Assembly (NCBI RefSeq): GCF_964355755.1
Contig: NC_092677.1
Span: 22,431,175 to 22,495,174, forward strand
Direction: 5' to 3'
DNA: 64,000 nt
DNA from: Antedon mediterranea
Taxonomy: Eukaryota; Animalia; Echinodermata
The notes beneath the pieces were generated by a model. That model had not been told where the DNA came from. It saw nothing but the letters and a program-made list of their open reading frames with translations, and did not search any database. The translations under genes and the position numbers were made by a program. Below, one piece after another: positions 24,624 through 38,240 of the stretch (position 1 is its first letter; the number at the start of each line of letters is the position of its first letter).

Positions 24624-27600
24624 CAGCCCGCGAAATTTACCTCGGCATTCGGCAATGCCGAGGTAAATGCCGAGGTCCTGCTAGCTTACCACGGCATTGA
24701 TTTGCCGAGGCTCTTTTTATTGATTTAAGCCTTGGAGTAAAATCAAGGCTACCACATACACAGCAAATAAATAGTTTTATGCCTTACAGTTTTTTTTTAA
24801 TTTACCTTCGTTACAAGTGAATTAAATATATCTTAATATGTTTGTACGTTGGAGTTATTATTAGGCCTAGGCCTACACTGGTTTTATTTTACACACAAGA
24901 TAGGGCCGAAGAGAGAGAGGCGAGGCCAGCGACCGCTCCGGCGTTTACAACAACAACAACGAACTACGCTCAGTCTCTCTCTATCGTCTCGTGTGATGTG
25001 AGTTTAGTGAGGCATGACAAATCACATGACTTATTGTTACTTGGTAGATTCCGGTTTTTCTGCTGTGATTATTTTATTTCTTAAGAAGTCATACTACAAT
25101 TCTTGATTACTTTTATCAATTTTCATTTGAACATGTACCGTTTAAAGTTGTAATATGAATTAACAGTCAATAAATATTTAAAACATTATAGTTGTATTGT
25201 CAGTTTATTTCTTATTATTATGGTGTCCTGCTGAGAGAATGGAAGAGTCCAACTTGTATTTGGGATTGAAAACCGCCAGCGGATATCACGTGACTTTAGC
25301 AAGCGGTGCGTGTGTGTACACAATTAAACCATTCAAGGCTTTTTACTACTAGTTAATAATCTACTTAAATCCTTCTTTCTGATTGGTGAGTTGTTTCATC
25401 ATTGTATAGCGTTATATTGTTTGATAACGTAAGATTATCACCAATACTACTGCTATTAGGCTGCCTTATTATTTTTTTAATTATAATAATAACACGGCCC
25501 CCATCCCATGTCTATCAATTAAAATATACTACAATTAATGTTAATTGGTAACAACAAACAAATATATAGGGTCTATATTTAATGTTAATGTCATATTATT
25601 TATGTAATCGGTTGATTTAATTAAAACATTTATTTGTATAAAAATTATAATGAATAAACGTCTTTTGATTCGATCACTGTATGGTGTATGTGTAGGCCTT
25701 TTATTTGATTTTATGGAATATTTATATTGCAGATTATGCCTTCTAAAAAAGTTGTTTTAAAGTGGGGGTTCGACTGCTTAGGATACGATGTCGACGAGGA
25801 TGACATTGTTACAAAAATATGGTGCAAAACATGCCGCGAGTTTTGTGAAATTTGCGAAGAGACACCCTCGATGCGAGCCCGTACTGGTGCCGTTAAGCCT
25901 GATTGTTTTGCCCGAGGAACTTCGACAATTAAAAAGAACAATTTTCAAGATCATGTTAAAAAAAGCAGGGCTCATGAAATTTCTGTGTTAAGACTCACAG
26001 AGTTAAATAAAATGAAAGAAACACCAATGGAAACCTCTCGTAGCGCCGAGAGCTCTGGAGCGTCCAAACCAAATACTTTGATGCCATACCTTCAGGGAAT
26101 GTCACTTAAACAACACAATCAACTACAAAAAAAATTTCAATTGGCGCATTTCTTAGTTGGCAATGCCAAATCATTCAAATTCTATGCCGATATGGCCGAA
26201 TTTGAAAAAAAATATCATGGAGTGGATCTTGGAACCGGGTACATAAATGATAAGTCGTGTAGAGAAATCGTGTTCTATATTAGTGAAAGTTTAAAGTTAG
26301 AAAAGATTACCGAACCACTAAACAACAATAAAGCAAATTACTACAGTATTCTTAACGACGGAAGCAGCAGTGCAAAAACCATGGATGAGAAAGAGTTATT
26401 TCTAATTAAGACTGCTGCTTTCGGTGTTCCCACCTTTAATGTTATGACACTGGAAGAGCCGAGTAGCACAACCGCTGAAGGTCTAAAGGATGCTCTTGAC
26501 TCATCGTTTGTCAAGATGAATTTTACGTTCGATAGAAAATTGAAAGAGTTGGGCATGTGCAGTGACGGTGCAGCCGTCAACTTGAAACTACACAGGTAAT
26601 TTTAGTAGTGATAGACTTATAAATTCTTTACTAATTCAAATAAATAATCAACAGTATAAATTATAGTAGTAGCCTAATTAATACAGTATGTCTAAAATAA
26701 AAAACAGAATAATTTATTCAATTGTAAATAATTAATTTTTTTTTTCATCATTTGTATACAGACTAATAAAAGAGGAAATCGGGGATCACTATACTTTTAC
26801 TCACTGTCCTTCGCACAGGGTTGAGCTGGCCATTAGAGATGCGTTTGGCATAAGTGACCTCAACACCGAGAGCCAAGAAGACGTCAATTCGACGTATAGT
26901 TTATTTAAACGGGCAAATCTCCGATGGCGACTTTTCAAACAACACTCGCAACACATCGGACAGGTCTACCACAAATACAAGCGACCTAATGGAACCAGGT
27001 GGACAGAGCATCAAGCTGCTGGATTGTCATCATACATGCACAATCTTCCTATATTAATTAGTTATTGCAACAACCAAATCGCCCAACCCACTAACACAAC
27101 CATGAAAAATCTTCGCCCCAAACTACAAGGAATCACAAACAACATCACAAAATTAAATCATATAATATTCAATTCAATTAAGCTAGATATCTTGAAATAC
27201 CTGACCCCACTCACAAAATCACTGCAATCAACAGATCTAATCTTGCCCGACCTAATTTCTATCACAACATCCGTTCTTTCACAAACATCAAAATTATCTC
27301 AAATTGTCCACGAAAATGACACGTCCGTTTTTGAAAATGATACGTATTTCCCCACAACTTCTCAAATCCTGAAAGATGTAGTCGTTGATGAGAACCCTGT
27401 AATCCAAGAGAGACTTACACGTCATCAAGCCGAGGGCGATGATGGGCATATGACATATATGTTCCGTGGCTACCTCGTTAAGGGCAACCTAATTCGAGCG
27501 AAACAACAAAACTTGGCAGAAGTCCGGAAAATCCTTTACAAATTATTAAACGCATTCAAAGACCGCTTAAGTTCGATCACAACTGACGATGTTTTTGTTG

Positions 27601-28714
27601 CTGTTGCAGAGGTTCTAAACACCAAGAATTACAGATATAAGGAGAGCGAATCTATTTACGATAATGTGAAAGTGATAGTCGATAAGTACAAGCCATTGCT
27701 AGAAGCAAACGGCTGTATTCTGACCAAATTGTATACAGAAGTAGACATTTTGCACAATCATATTTTAAAGTTTTTCAAAATTAGTTCTCCATCCAAAGTT
27801 TGGCCACAAATTTTCAACATGAAGCAGTCACTTGGCATTGTCAATATTTTGCACATTGTTGAGTTGTGTATTTCTTTACCAATTGGCAATGCTGAAACGG
27901 AGAGAGTTTTTTCTTTTTTATGGCGAATTTTTTCAAAAGAACGCCAATCGTTGTCCAACGACACCCTTAATGACATCCTTAGATTAAGGGCCGATAGGGA
28001 CTACGATCCAACACGATACAACAGGGCCATTGAGCTGTTCCTATCGGTTCATCGTTCTGGGGAAGTCCGCAAACGTGCTCGCCGTCTAGATGGTCACGCC
28101 ACAAAAAAACGGCGAACTGGCGAAGATGGCGATCATGTCACTGCAGTGGATGTCGTTGGCGACGATGGCCCATCCGAATCCGAAGAAGAATGGACGGATT
28201 CGTCATCAGGCGATGAGTTCTAAGCAGGCCTAGGCCTAGTTTATATCATTTTGTATTTTTGTACACCAAAACAGTACCTACATGTACCAGGCTTGTTTTC
28301 ATTTGACAATAATTAAAAATATAAAAAGAAGTAAATATCAACGTTGTTCGTCTCTTTTTACACTCCGTTTCACCATCGTGTGAAATACATGGTTGTCATG
28401 GTTTTCAGTTCTATATTATTATTACTGCCGCGTAATCGTCATTGGATGATGATCAGCAGATCCTTTTGTGATTGGCTACAAGGGTTCTTTTGTTTGCGTG
28501 GTTTTATTTAGAGAGCATGCAAGCCGCGCCGCAAATGCACTGTACATTATCAACACAGCTATTTTTAGATACAGTACAGTTAATGTGTGTGTGATTGAAT
28601 ACTAAAAATAGCTTTGGGGGCTGAACAAAAAAAATGCCGACGTGTTGCCGAGGTGGGCTTCGTTTACGTCGGCATTTTTTTGCCGAGGTCATTTCGTCCC
28701 AATTTCGAGGGCTG
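24624..28714 (+). mobile_element. Full-length hAT DNA transposon with a 6-bp TSD
   Basis: TIRs CAGCCCGCGAAATT / AATTTCGAGGGCTG (13/14 match), GTTGTC directly on both flanks, and subterminal TGCCGAGG repeats at both ends. Confidence 0.9.
25736..28223 (+). CDS. Intact hAT transposase (ZNF862-like), 2 coding exons: 25736-26595 and 26762-28223, ~773 aa
   Basis: Removing the GT-AG intron 26596-26761 joins LKLHR to LIKEEIGDHYTFTHCPSHRVELA in frame. It has an N-terminal CxxC...H...H finger, catalytic ILNDGSS, CSDGAAVN and AETERVFS, the CxxH and TRW motifs, and no stops. Confidence 0.9.
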
Positions 28715-29500
28715 GTTGTCTTTATCCAAAAGCATACGAAATTACAGCTACCATGTGCAATGCAAGATTCACAGGCAAAATCATCACCAACAAAAATAGC
28801 AACACCACCACCTCTCTTGTTGCATCTATTCTTCGTGAACTTTTTAAAACCTGAACAATTCACAAAATCAATAGTAGTATCATTCAGCCAAGTCTCTGTT
28901 AACACAGCTATATCGACTTTGAATTTGGAAATGGTGGTTTCAAATTCATCAATCTTATTTTTAACAGAGCGGGCATTAGCAAGGAAAAGTCTCGGACAGG
29001 AAACTCTTGATCTACGTAGTTTGATTGTGACCAGATTATTTCGAGAAGAGCCACTTTTGTTGAGGGCGGCCATGGTGGTAGACCTAGGCCTACGCCCATA
29101 ACCAATAACGACTTTAATCTTACGACTTTTATTTCTGCCACCACGAGAACCTCTCGGTTTTCTCAATATCAGGAGCTCCTTAGCAATGTTGAAGAAAGAT
29201 GGATTATCGTAGAAACATTTACCCTGGTTGAAAGATTTTAGGTCAGCAGTAGAGTAACGGACAGCCATCGAGGAGATGCCAGTACCGAGACGGGCTAGCT
29301 GAGTGTACCGCGCACAAATAGGTACACCTGCTCCTACAGCTGGCTTGGTGATAGTAATGAGGGCGCTTCACTGATGCCGTTTGAAATTTAAATTCGCTCT
29401 CCTTTTCACCTAACATTTTACCATTTTTTAACGCTTTTTTTTTCGTCTCGTGCCGAGTATTGTGCAAGTTGGTTGTTTGGTGTTTATTATTATTTGTCTT
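28715..29500 (-). mobile_element. 5' end of a Rex1/Babar-like LINE: 5' UTR plus AP-endonuclease, interrupted by the hAT element
   Basis: ORF from 29268 has RKPRGSRGG, LFLANARSVKNKIDEF, LTETWL and RGGGVAIFV. The frame resumes briefly left of the hAT (~24585-24623). Confidence 0.8.
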
Positions 29501-30942
29501 TTGATGGTATTTTGCTAGTTTTGCCTGTATTAACTGAACTTTGGAGTTAGATTGCAAGTCACTACATTCGTTGGCTTGTATCTTTCTTTCTTGGTTCCTT
29601 AGACAATTTCTGTGATACATTAAATCAAAGGTGGCACAGTCAGACGCTTGATTCACATGGGCTAAAGCTATTCTGACCCTTTCATCGAGTGTTTTTGACT
29701 TAATGATGAGGGGCTTGCTCCCCATTGCCTCACTTTCAGCTCGATGGAGCTCACCACTTGTTGGATTAGAGCACTGAAAGACACAGCTTTTTATGTATGT
29801 AACATTGCCACATCGTTTTAATCTAGATCCTGATAGGTCTACCATTGAAGTGCTTGACAGTGCATCCGATTTTGACGGACGTCCCCTTTTTGGTGGAACT
29901 ACCGTCTTCGACGATGTTAAACATTCTCTAAATCTTTTTTCAGCCCTTTTCAATTTCTCATTATGCACAATCGTTTTGTAACACCCAGGATGGTAAACTG
30001 AATCAAAAAAGTCTTTCTCTGTAAGATTTCGGATTCTTTCACAGAGGTGTGAAAAGTTTGTTTCCCCAAATGATGCCCGTTTATTGGCATACTCCCTAAT
30101 CTTTTCTAGGCTTTCTCTTGAAGGCTTTAGCGTCAAAGGCTTTGATGCGCAAACTGCGCAAACATTTACGCATATAATACACTTGCCTGTTTTCTTTTTA
30201 GATGTAGAGGTTTCTTCAGTAGTCATGTTAAATTGTGATGACGATGTCTTATACAGTAGTTCGATTAATATAAATTATTCATAATTATAATGTTCCCATG
30301 CTTCTTCTTTTGACTAATTACCCTTTCAATCTAAATTGTATGTAGGTAAATGTGGTGTCACTTACTGCTGGCGTAGGTCAGTAACCTCAGTATCAGTCTA
30401 TACCGCCGCATGCATTTATAAGTGTAACAAAGAACTAGGCCTTTAAACACTGGGTGTACATGCGTACTGGCATGCTGAGGGATAGGATTGGGAAAGGGGG
30501 TGGGTGGGTGTGGCTGGGTGTAAAGAATAAAAATACAATTTTAGAGGGCTTCATTTGACGTCACACATGAATTACCTACGGTATTTACGGTAATATTCGG
30601 AAAATGAAGTCAATTTCCCCCTGGGGGGAGTTATCCCTCCCTCACACTATTGAAAAGGCGTCCCACGCATTACCGATGGTGAGGAAGGTTAATAGGTTAT
30701 AAAAATAAACTTTTGTATTATTTTATGCAATATTATACTGGATTTTATATCTTATTACCAATAATGTCTTTAAAAATGCGGCCATTTTGAAATTAAAAAT
30801 GGCGGATGAAGACGTATTCGAAAAAATGGCACCTTAGTTTTTTGGATTCAGCATGTTTTAATTGACAAAATAAAACAAAAAAATCTATTTTGGCACAAAT
30901 ATCGAGCTAGCGACTAAATTTATGACATAATGAACCGTACTA
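29500..30942 (-). mobile_element. Academ 5' part: N-terminal coding region and terminal repeat
   Basis: ORF from 30226 has CIIC, VYHPGCYK and MYHRNCLR motifs. The terminus ...ATGAACCGTACTA at 30942 reads 5'-TAG on the minus strand. Confidence 0.7.
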
Positions 30943-31243
30943 TAAGGTCTCCTGGGATAAGGGACCAAATATATTACAGCATGGAGCTCCATGATTATAC
31001 AGTAACTGTCTTGGGGGATTTCATTGTATTCACACACTCCCATATTAACTTTTATAATTAACTACCTTTTCACTTTTCACGTCGAATTCATTGTCCGACA
31101 ATACAATTATTGGTTGTGTATCATGTGTTGTTTCATCACTGGATGAATCACTAATATGAGAACAACTTGGCATCTATAAGAAGTAAATAAAATCAATCAA
31201 TTAAAAGTTATACTTAAGAAAAGCAACTATAAAACGAATGAAA

Positions 31244-31310
31244 CGAATGAATGAAATGAATGAAATGAATGAAATGAATGAAATGAATGAAATGAATGAA
31301 ATGAAATGAA
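31244..31310. repeat. Microsatellite (GAATGAAAT)n
   Basis: Visible tandem 9-bp unit, about 7 copies. Confidence 0.85.
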
Positions 31311-31610
31311 TTATTATTATCCCCACGTTACCTGAAAATGAGTAGTTTTCACACGTTTATTTTTAACATTGGTGGACGTGGTGTCTTTGTTCTGCTTTTC
31401 AGAATCAAACGAGCATCTGAAATTATAAGTGATAAATGTGACGACGGTCGTAAATAAAAAAAAAAATAGCATAGGCTTAATTGAAACATTATCTTTAAAA
31501 TAGCAAAATTTTGCAAGGCTTTGCGTAACTGTCCCGTTTATTATTTCAGCTCGAACCTCGTTCCCGAGATCCCTTTTTAGCGATACCAATAAGCATGGAT
31601 GTGTTATTAA

Positions 31611-32107
31611 AGTGGAGGTCCACCCAAGAATGTTTAATTTTTTATTTTGTTTAGTTAGTAAGTATAATTATCCATCCCTGTTTTGGAATTTTTACGAATT
31701 TTTTGTGAGTAAATCTTTTTTTAAATAGCCGATTATTAGGCCTACTCTGTGGGAATAGCTCAAATTACAGGTTTAAATCCCAATTATTTTATAATATACA
31801 AAACTAAATCTTGCAATAGTGGGGGAAATTTAAATTAAAAAAAGGAACGGTCATGCAAAAAAAAATATTAGCGAAAAATGGTATTCTAGGGTGTTTTAAC
31901 CATATTTGTTCATTTCTGATGTTTTTATTTGCGTAAAGTAGTTATTAGTGCGTGATTACTATTTATAATTTACCCACTTTGTGTGTAAAAGGGATGAACA
32001 AATTGTAAAAATTTCCAAATATGGATGACTACACTTTTTATGAATGATGAATGAATGAATGAAACCTGAATGATGAAAAATAAAACATTTTTGGGTGGAC
32101 CTCCCCT
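31611..32107. mobile_element. Kolobok-type MITE
   Basis: TTAA-AGTGGAGGTCCACCCAA...TTGGGTGGACCTCCCCT-TTAA. Confidence 0.75.
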
Positions 32108-32478
32108 TTAAAACAGCAAAGATGTTCTGGCCCGTATTGTCTTCTTCTTCAGTAGTTGGTGGTCCGAATATCAATGAGGGAAAGGAGGATTGCTGTAGAA
32201 TAATAATGATAATAATAATAATGATAATGACAGACGGAGGTCAAAGAGGTCAGAATTTCAACTAAATTAAATAATAGGCCATTTTGCGGAGGTAATAACC
32301 ACTCTTAACGCTTACCGGTACTTTACTATGAAACCTCCGATTGGTGGACACATAAGACATAATTAAATGGTTTTATTGTGGAAATATACACTTATTAGCA
32401 ACGATCTACATTAATATTAATTTGTTATATATATAAATTATTTAAAATTTACCTAATATCAGGCGCCATAACTTGAAG

Positions 32479-33150
32479 TCACTGGGCAGCATTTTTTTTC
32501 AATCCGCCACCTGTATGTAAAAGCAGCCATATATAAGTACATAACGCTTCAGATGCATCATTTGAAGTGTCCTGGAAGATCTTCAAAAGTCCCCCTTCTC
32601 CATTACCATCAAGACCTTTACTGACCGGGTGCGTGTCAATCAGGAAAAATCTTCCATCCATTACTCCAACGAGAAATACATATGGCTCGCAGCAATATAG
32701 TGCCGTTGAAGTATGTTCTGTCGTTGACATCTTCATAACTGCATTGTAAAATGCACCTTGACTCCGGACAAAATACGTGGCCTTTATGTAGAATTTCTTC
32801 GCTAAACTCGTAATCACATGGAATTTCTCCAATATGTCGGAGAGTTTTATAAGCTTCGTCCACATAGGATAGACCCATTTACCGTATCTCGTTGAGTTTC
32901 CGTGGTAACTCAGATATTACCTTCTCGATTAGTGATGGTAGCAATTCGAACCGAGAATACAATTCGTGCTCAGTGGTGATTTGTCGCAAGTCATGACAGA
33001 GCTTTGCGCACAAAAACGCACACTCACTAGATGCCACAAAGTAATATGTCCGTATGTAATACAGGACAGTGTATTCATTAGAAGCCAATAATGTGTACTC
33101 CGGCTTCTTGTTTCATCCCATAATGATATCGGCACATATCGCACGCAGGT
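32479..33150 (-). pseudogene. Frameshifted coding remnant, possibly a papain-like cysteine peptidase
   Basis: Overlapping ORFs join into SSECAFLC...PYVFLVGVMDGRFFLIDTHP, a Cys...DxH arrangement. The family is not firmly identified. Confidence 0.35.
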
Positions 33151-34589
33151 GTGTGTTTAGATACATTAGATAGATCAAAAGTCACATCGATTTATTTTTT
33201 GATCCCCCAACTTAATACATAAAAGTAAATAATTCAATATGTTAATTGTCACAGTTTTATTTTATTCCATATTATGTCACAATGTGCCAGTTAGTACTCC
33301 AACCATGATCCGAAAATCGGACTTTCCGTACGGTATGCAGTCAGAACTTCGTTGTATTCTTTTAGCCGGTCACGTAATTTCACAAATCCACTAACAAATA
33401 CTTATTAAACACCAATGTTTTATTTCAAAACAGTTCTTTTTTAATGTACATTCATGTTAGTATATATATGTTAGAACCTCAATTGTGACCTATCATATGG
33501 CTCGCGTCAAGTCTACTAAAATAACAAAATAGATGAACTGATTTAAAGAATAAAGACCACAACCACCTCAGCATGGTTGGGGATGAGGTGAGAATTTGTA
33601 AGAAAATAATTACCTCTCTAGATGACAAGAAAAATAGCTTAAAACGGCATTTAAAATAATTTAAATTAATTTAATTTTCAAGGTTGTGTTTTGTCCACCT
33701 CAGCCCCAACATGGTTAGGGCAGAAGTGAAATAAGCACCCTCTAGATCATGCCTGGCAATGTCTAATATCTTAAAATGGCATTTAAAGTGACTACATCAG
33801 ACTATATCCAATTGTATCATTTGTAGTCTCAGATTTAGAATTCTGTATGCCCATTTATTAAACCGGATAAAAACATTTTTCAAAGTAGGGTATCATCATT
33901 CTCCGTCAATCACTGTTGTACCCACCACCAGGATAGACTCTGAAAATGAAAATAAAACCCATCGTTAATCCTTATAACACTGAATATTAATATAATTATG
34001 CAAATGACTTTTGTGGATAGCATAGAGTTATTACCAACCACTGGTCGTAGAGAGTTTTAATTTGTATAGAAATTATATATGTATATTTATATTTATGGAA
34101 TGAAGGTTTGCGTCATAAAATCGACCGAAAGTGCCTGTTTTGACCTTTATCGTGATTTTGTGTCAAAGATCAAAAGTAACACTTCCTCATATTTTCGATT
34201 ACAGTAAATATAATGCACATGCTGAACAATTCTATTTCAATTACAATTCTCTACAACGAATAGTTGCATAAGATAGGATAAAACCTAATTTGTATTTTTG
34301 GGGGTATGGCGGGCCTCATTTTTATCTTCTGTAAATTGGTCCACTCACCAAGTGCGAACATTTAAAAAGAAAAAACAATCGTTTTAGGTTAATTTAAATA
34401 TGGTAATTATATTATAATCAGGTCAAAGATCAAAAGTGATCCATTAGAGTAAATGATATAATAATATTCTGAACAAATTCTCTCTAGCTATAGTTACATA
34501 GATCTGGCAACATAAAAATGTAGTCATGTTGTTGGCCGCCATCTTGGGGCAAACATACAGATAACCTTGATTTGGTTTGATTATTTGGG

Positions 34590-34973
34590 TTAACGATGAC
34601 CAATCCACTGAGCAAACCTTACCCGCCGCTAAAAAAAGGGCCGTTTTGACCTGGTTTGACATGTTCATGATATTTCGTGTGCTAAACGAGTCAAATGCAG
34701 TTTTAATGATGCACTCTTGGCGTTCCATATCTGTTCGTTTGTTCGTGTCGACACATTCAGTATCAAATGGCGATATTTCTGTATTTTTTCAATCAACATG
34801 CTTGCTCGCGAGTATTATATAAGGTACTGTATGGTTTACCACACTTAGGCCTAGGCTAGGCTATAGGGGTCGTCGGTTTCGTGTTATGGGTCGTCCAATT
34901 CTAGGTCGTCCAATTTGAGGTCGCCCGGGTCATTGGGGTCGTCCAATTCGAGGTCGTCGCTTTCTACACACCC
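34590..34973. mobile_element. Single right arm of the 17582-18443 MITE family
   Basis: Near-identical to ~18078-18443 and ends GCTTTCTACACACCC. Confidence 0.85.
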
Positions 34974-35267
34974 ATGTACAGAGTACATTCATATTATGCA
35001 GCGTTCATATTATTAGGCTAGCTATAGGCCTAGTTGTGCTTGAATTTTTTTTTTGTATCTAGGCCTAGGCCTATGGATCGATTAAAATGGTAGCCTAGCC
35101 TGTCGTAGGTCACGGTATAAAGCCCCTCGATCGACGCCAAGTAAAGGGCGAACGACAATTCAAACGATCTATGCCTACTCTAGGTGGATGGGGCATAGGC
35201 CTAGTGTAGGACTAGGCTACTGTAGGGATCGATTGAATAGCTTCGCCATGCTAGTCATGCTAAGTAA

Positions 35268-35651
35268 TTACGAATATAAATACAGTAAGATACTCACCAT
35301 CTTTATCTTCATGTTGTCTTTTTGATTTTCTGCTCGTTTAATTTTTCCAACATTACAAAACCGCTGATAACATCCTCGATGATACCCTGCATCAAATTTA
35401 TGAGGCCAGTCAGAAAGACTCACTTGCAATGACTCGTCGCCGTCGGTAGTCAGGTTTAGTCCGAGTTTTTCGACCGATTCCTGTGCAATTTTCGATTCAT
35501 AACCCGTAATCGTTACCCATCTTTTACAGCATTCAATGAATTTATTAAAGCTAGCTTTTTTAAATAATATTAGTGCATCTTCGGAATTATTTTCAACGTG
35601 CATGCAACAGAATGTTGGAACAACACGTTCGCCACTCGAAGACGACGCCAT
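35268..35651 (-). CDS. Academ-like N-terminal exon
   Basis: CCMH...GYHRGCYQRF motif like that in 29243-30226; ends at a donor-like ATG|GTGAGT near 35298. Confidence 0.55.
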   Translation of the reverse strand: MASSSSGERVVPTFCCMHVENNSEDALILFKKASFNKFIECCKRWVTITGYESKIAQESVEKLGLNLTTDGDESLQVSLSDWPHKFDAGYHRGCYQRFCNVGKIKRAENQKDNMKIKMVSILLYLYS

Positions 35652-36332
35652 ATTGTGTGTTTATTGGGTAGCAAAAAAATAATTATTGACCGAACCTGAT
35701 CACGTGATTATCACGGTGGCTTTTTATTAGTTGATAGCGGTGTTTCAATAATGATGTCATCAAATCGTCCGCCATTTTATATAACTATACGATAGCCTGA
35801 ACGTCGGTTGAAATAATTAATTTGTTAAATATAGAGCACAATTTGGGCTTGGCAACATTGTGTATTGGGTTTGTTATATTTTTATTATAATAATTGTATT
35901 AAAGAAAAATAGATATCAAGTATGCCCTACGGAATTGAATGATAATGAGAGTCATCCCATGGTCTAATAGTATTTTAAAATGTGTATAGGTGAAGGTTGC
36001 AGAGATCGCTCATGTGAATTAGGCACAGAGACTGGACATATTGGAACTCTGACTGTTAAAGGCCGCTGAACTATTATTCCATAATAGTGTTATGCGTTGT
36101 ATTATTTCCAGAAATTGTCTCCTCTCCAAAATCATTATTGTCCCAAACAATGGTTGAAAAAATGTCTTGAGTACCTTCTGGTAACGAAGTCCATTTAGAA
36201 GGCTAATCATCTTGGCTGAACCTGTAAAGGGACGCCATCGCTAATGCAGTGTGTTTTGGCACCATAACCCTTCCTTTCATCCGGAGATACACCATATCTT
36301 AAGCAATTGAGAGAATGCGTCTTTCCTGCTTA

Positions 36333-38240
36333 CCATATTTTCTGGAGTATAGGTCGAGACTTTGTGCGAAAATTTTAATTGCAAAATTCGGGGGGTCGAC
36401 TTATACCACGACCATGCTATTTTTGAAAAAGCCGAAAGGAAGCACCTCTACTGTATCAATCAATCAATCAATCAATCAGATTTATATAGCGCCAGTATCC
36501 ATAATAATGTTCAAAGGCGCTTGACAAAGTTAATTAAACAGTATTATTGTTTTTTATATTTATTACAGTTGTTTCGTTCAATGTAAAATTGGTAATTGGG
36601 TAAAAATATAGTCCTTGTTGAGAATCATTGCTTGGTTGCTGCTGGCTGACACAGGTCGCTTGACACAGCATTGGAGACCACGAGGTAGAAATGCGCAATA
36701 TCACCGCAGCAGAGTAAAGGGGATTTCCTGTGCTTGGATGTGATTTTTTCCTTCTGTTGTTTTTTTAATGATACTGCACATTACAGTATTTTTTATGTTC
36801 TGTTTTTTTAAATTGTTGATAAATGCTAATAAAATAAAGTCGTAAATAAATTAAATGTACAACAATTTTAAAGTCGAACCTTTTATTATATTGGCTGACA
36901 ATGTTGCACTTTGAAGAAGAAAAAAAATCATTGTGTAGGACTATAAATCATAATCCCTGTCATCGTCTAAATTGGCAAATAACGCATACGAGTCCGCTTC
37001 AGTTACCCCATCGTCGTATGGATCAATATAGTCATTGTCAGAAATGTCGGCTTCAATTTCATTATCGTCATCGTCCCAAAGTATGTCATCTTCCGTCCCG
37101 TCCAGTGCATTACTTATACTACATTTTTTAAAAGAGTTGATTATAATGTCTGGCTTTAAATCATTCCAGGCATCCACTACCCAAGAACACACAGTCGCCA
37201 ATGATGCTGCACGCATGTTACCGGCGGCTGTGTATGACTTTTCCTTATTCACCATCCAGTTGTTCTACATCCTCCTCATGGCATCTTTAAATGGTTTGTT
37301 AAGTTAAACGTCTAGTGGCTGTAAAATTGACGCGAGTCCACCAGGTATTACGGCAATATCTGTGTCTGGTCTTCCTTGAGTTTCTTTTTAATACTGTCTA
37401 TCAAGTGGGTCTTAAACATATCCAACACAAATAAAGATCGTTCTCCAATAGAGTGATTTGACCTCTGTCCCCACACCAAACTTATCCACTTTTTGCACCC
37501 TTTCTCGTCCATCCATCCCTTTTCCTGAACATGAACAATTATTCCTCTGGGAAAAACTGGTTTGGGCATTGTTTTACGCTTGAAAATTACCATTGGCTTT
37601 AGTTTTGTGCCATCAGCCATACAGCACAATACCACGGTAAAATGTTATTTTTCGTGGCCAGTTGTCTTCACCTACACAGTCTTTTCCCTATTCTCGTTGA
37701 CTGTGGTTTTTCCGACCAAATAAAAAACATCGGTGTCTCGTCCATGTTTCCGATCTGGGATAATGTATAATTATGGCGTTTTCATTGCTTGATTATAAAT
37801 AACTGGAAGGAGGTTATTTTCTCATCTAGTTCTGCGGTCAATTTTTGCGCGATTTTCGTTTTTTGTCGGATGACCAAATTTCGTCTTTTCATGAACCCGG
37901 TACACCAACTATTTGTTGCCTTAAAGTTTTCACTGACGTTCCGATTTCTGCCTGCCCAGCTCAGTGCCTGCAAACGGACCATTGTCCTGTTCACGATGTG
38001 TCCACTCGCTCTCTTGTCCGTCACCCATTGATATAATTCATCCTCCAATTGAGGCCCCTTGCAGCTCAATCCCCTCAAAGCACATTTCTTTTTCGGCATC
38101 TTTCTTTCTGCTTTTCTCCAGTCCCTCACCAACTTTTTCGATACATCAAACTGACGTGCCGCTGCACAGTTGTTAGAAGTCTTGGCTGCCCCACTAATTT
38201 CAACTTGAAGCGGCTTCATATCGGTTCCTCTTAACCATGA
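36333..38240 (-). mobile_element. Decayed pogo transposon (POGK/Passer-like: Brinker DBD + CENP-B HTH + DDE_1)
   Basis: AAARQFDV, WVTDKRASG, NMDETP, ADGTKLKPMVIFK, GWMDE, QPLDV and FKKCSISNALDGTEDD motifs with frameshifts. One terminus, TA-CCATATTTTCTGGAGTATA, is at 36331; the other end was not found. Confidence 0.85.
36455..36530 (-). repeat. L2/SINE-type 3' tail inserted in the pogo element
   Basis: Minus strand reads AAGCGCCTTTGAAC...GGCGCTATATAAATC(TGAT)n. Confidence 0.6.

Noticed and set aside
28504-29268. 254-aa ORF as a standalone nuclease
   Set aside because: It is a LINE endonuclease truncated by the hAT; the C-terminal part is translated TIR and subterminal DNA.
29243-30226. 327-aa ORF as a novel protein
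   Set aside because: It is a chimera: the Academ N-terminus reading through into a LINE 5' UTR.
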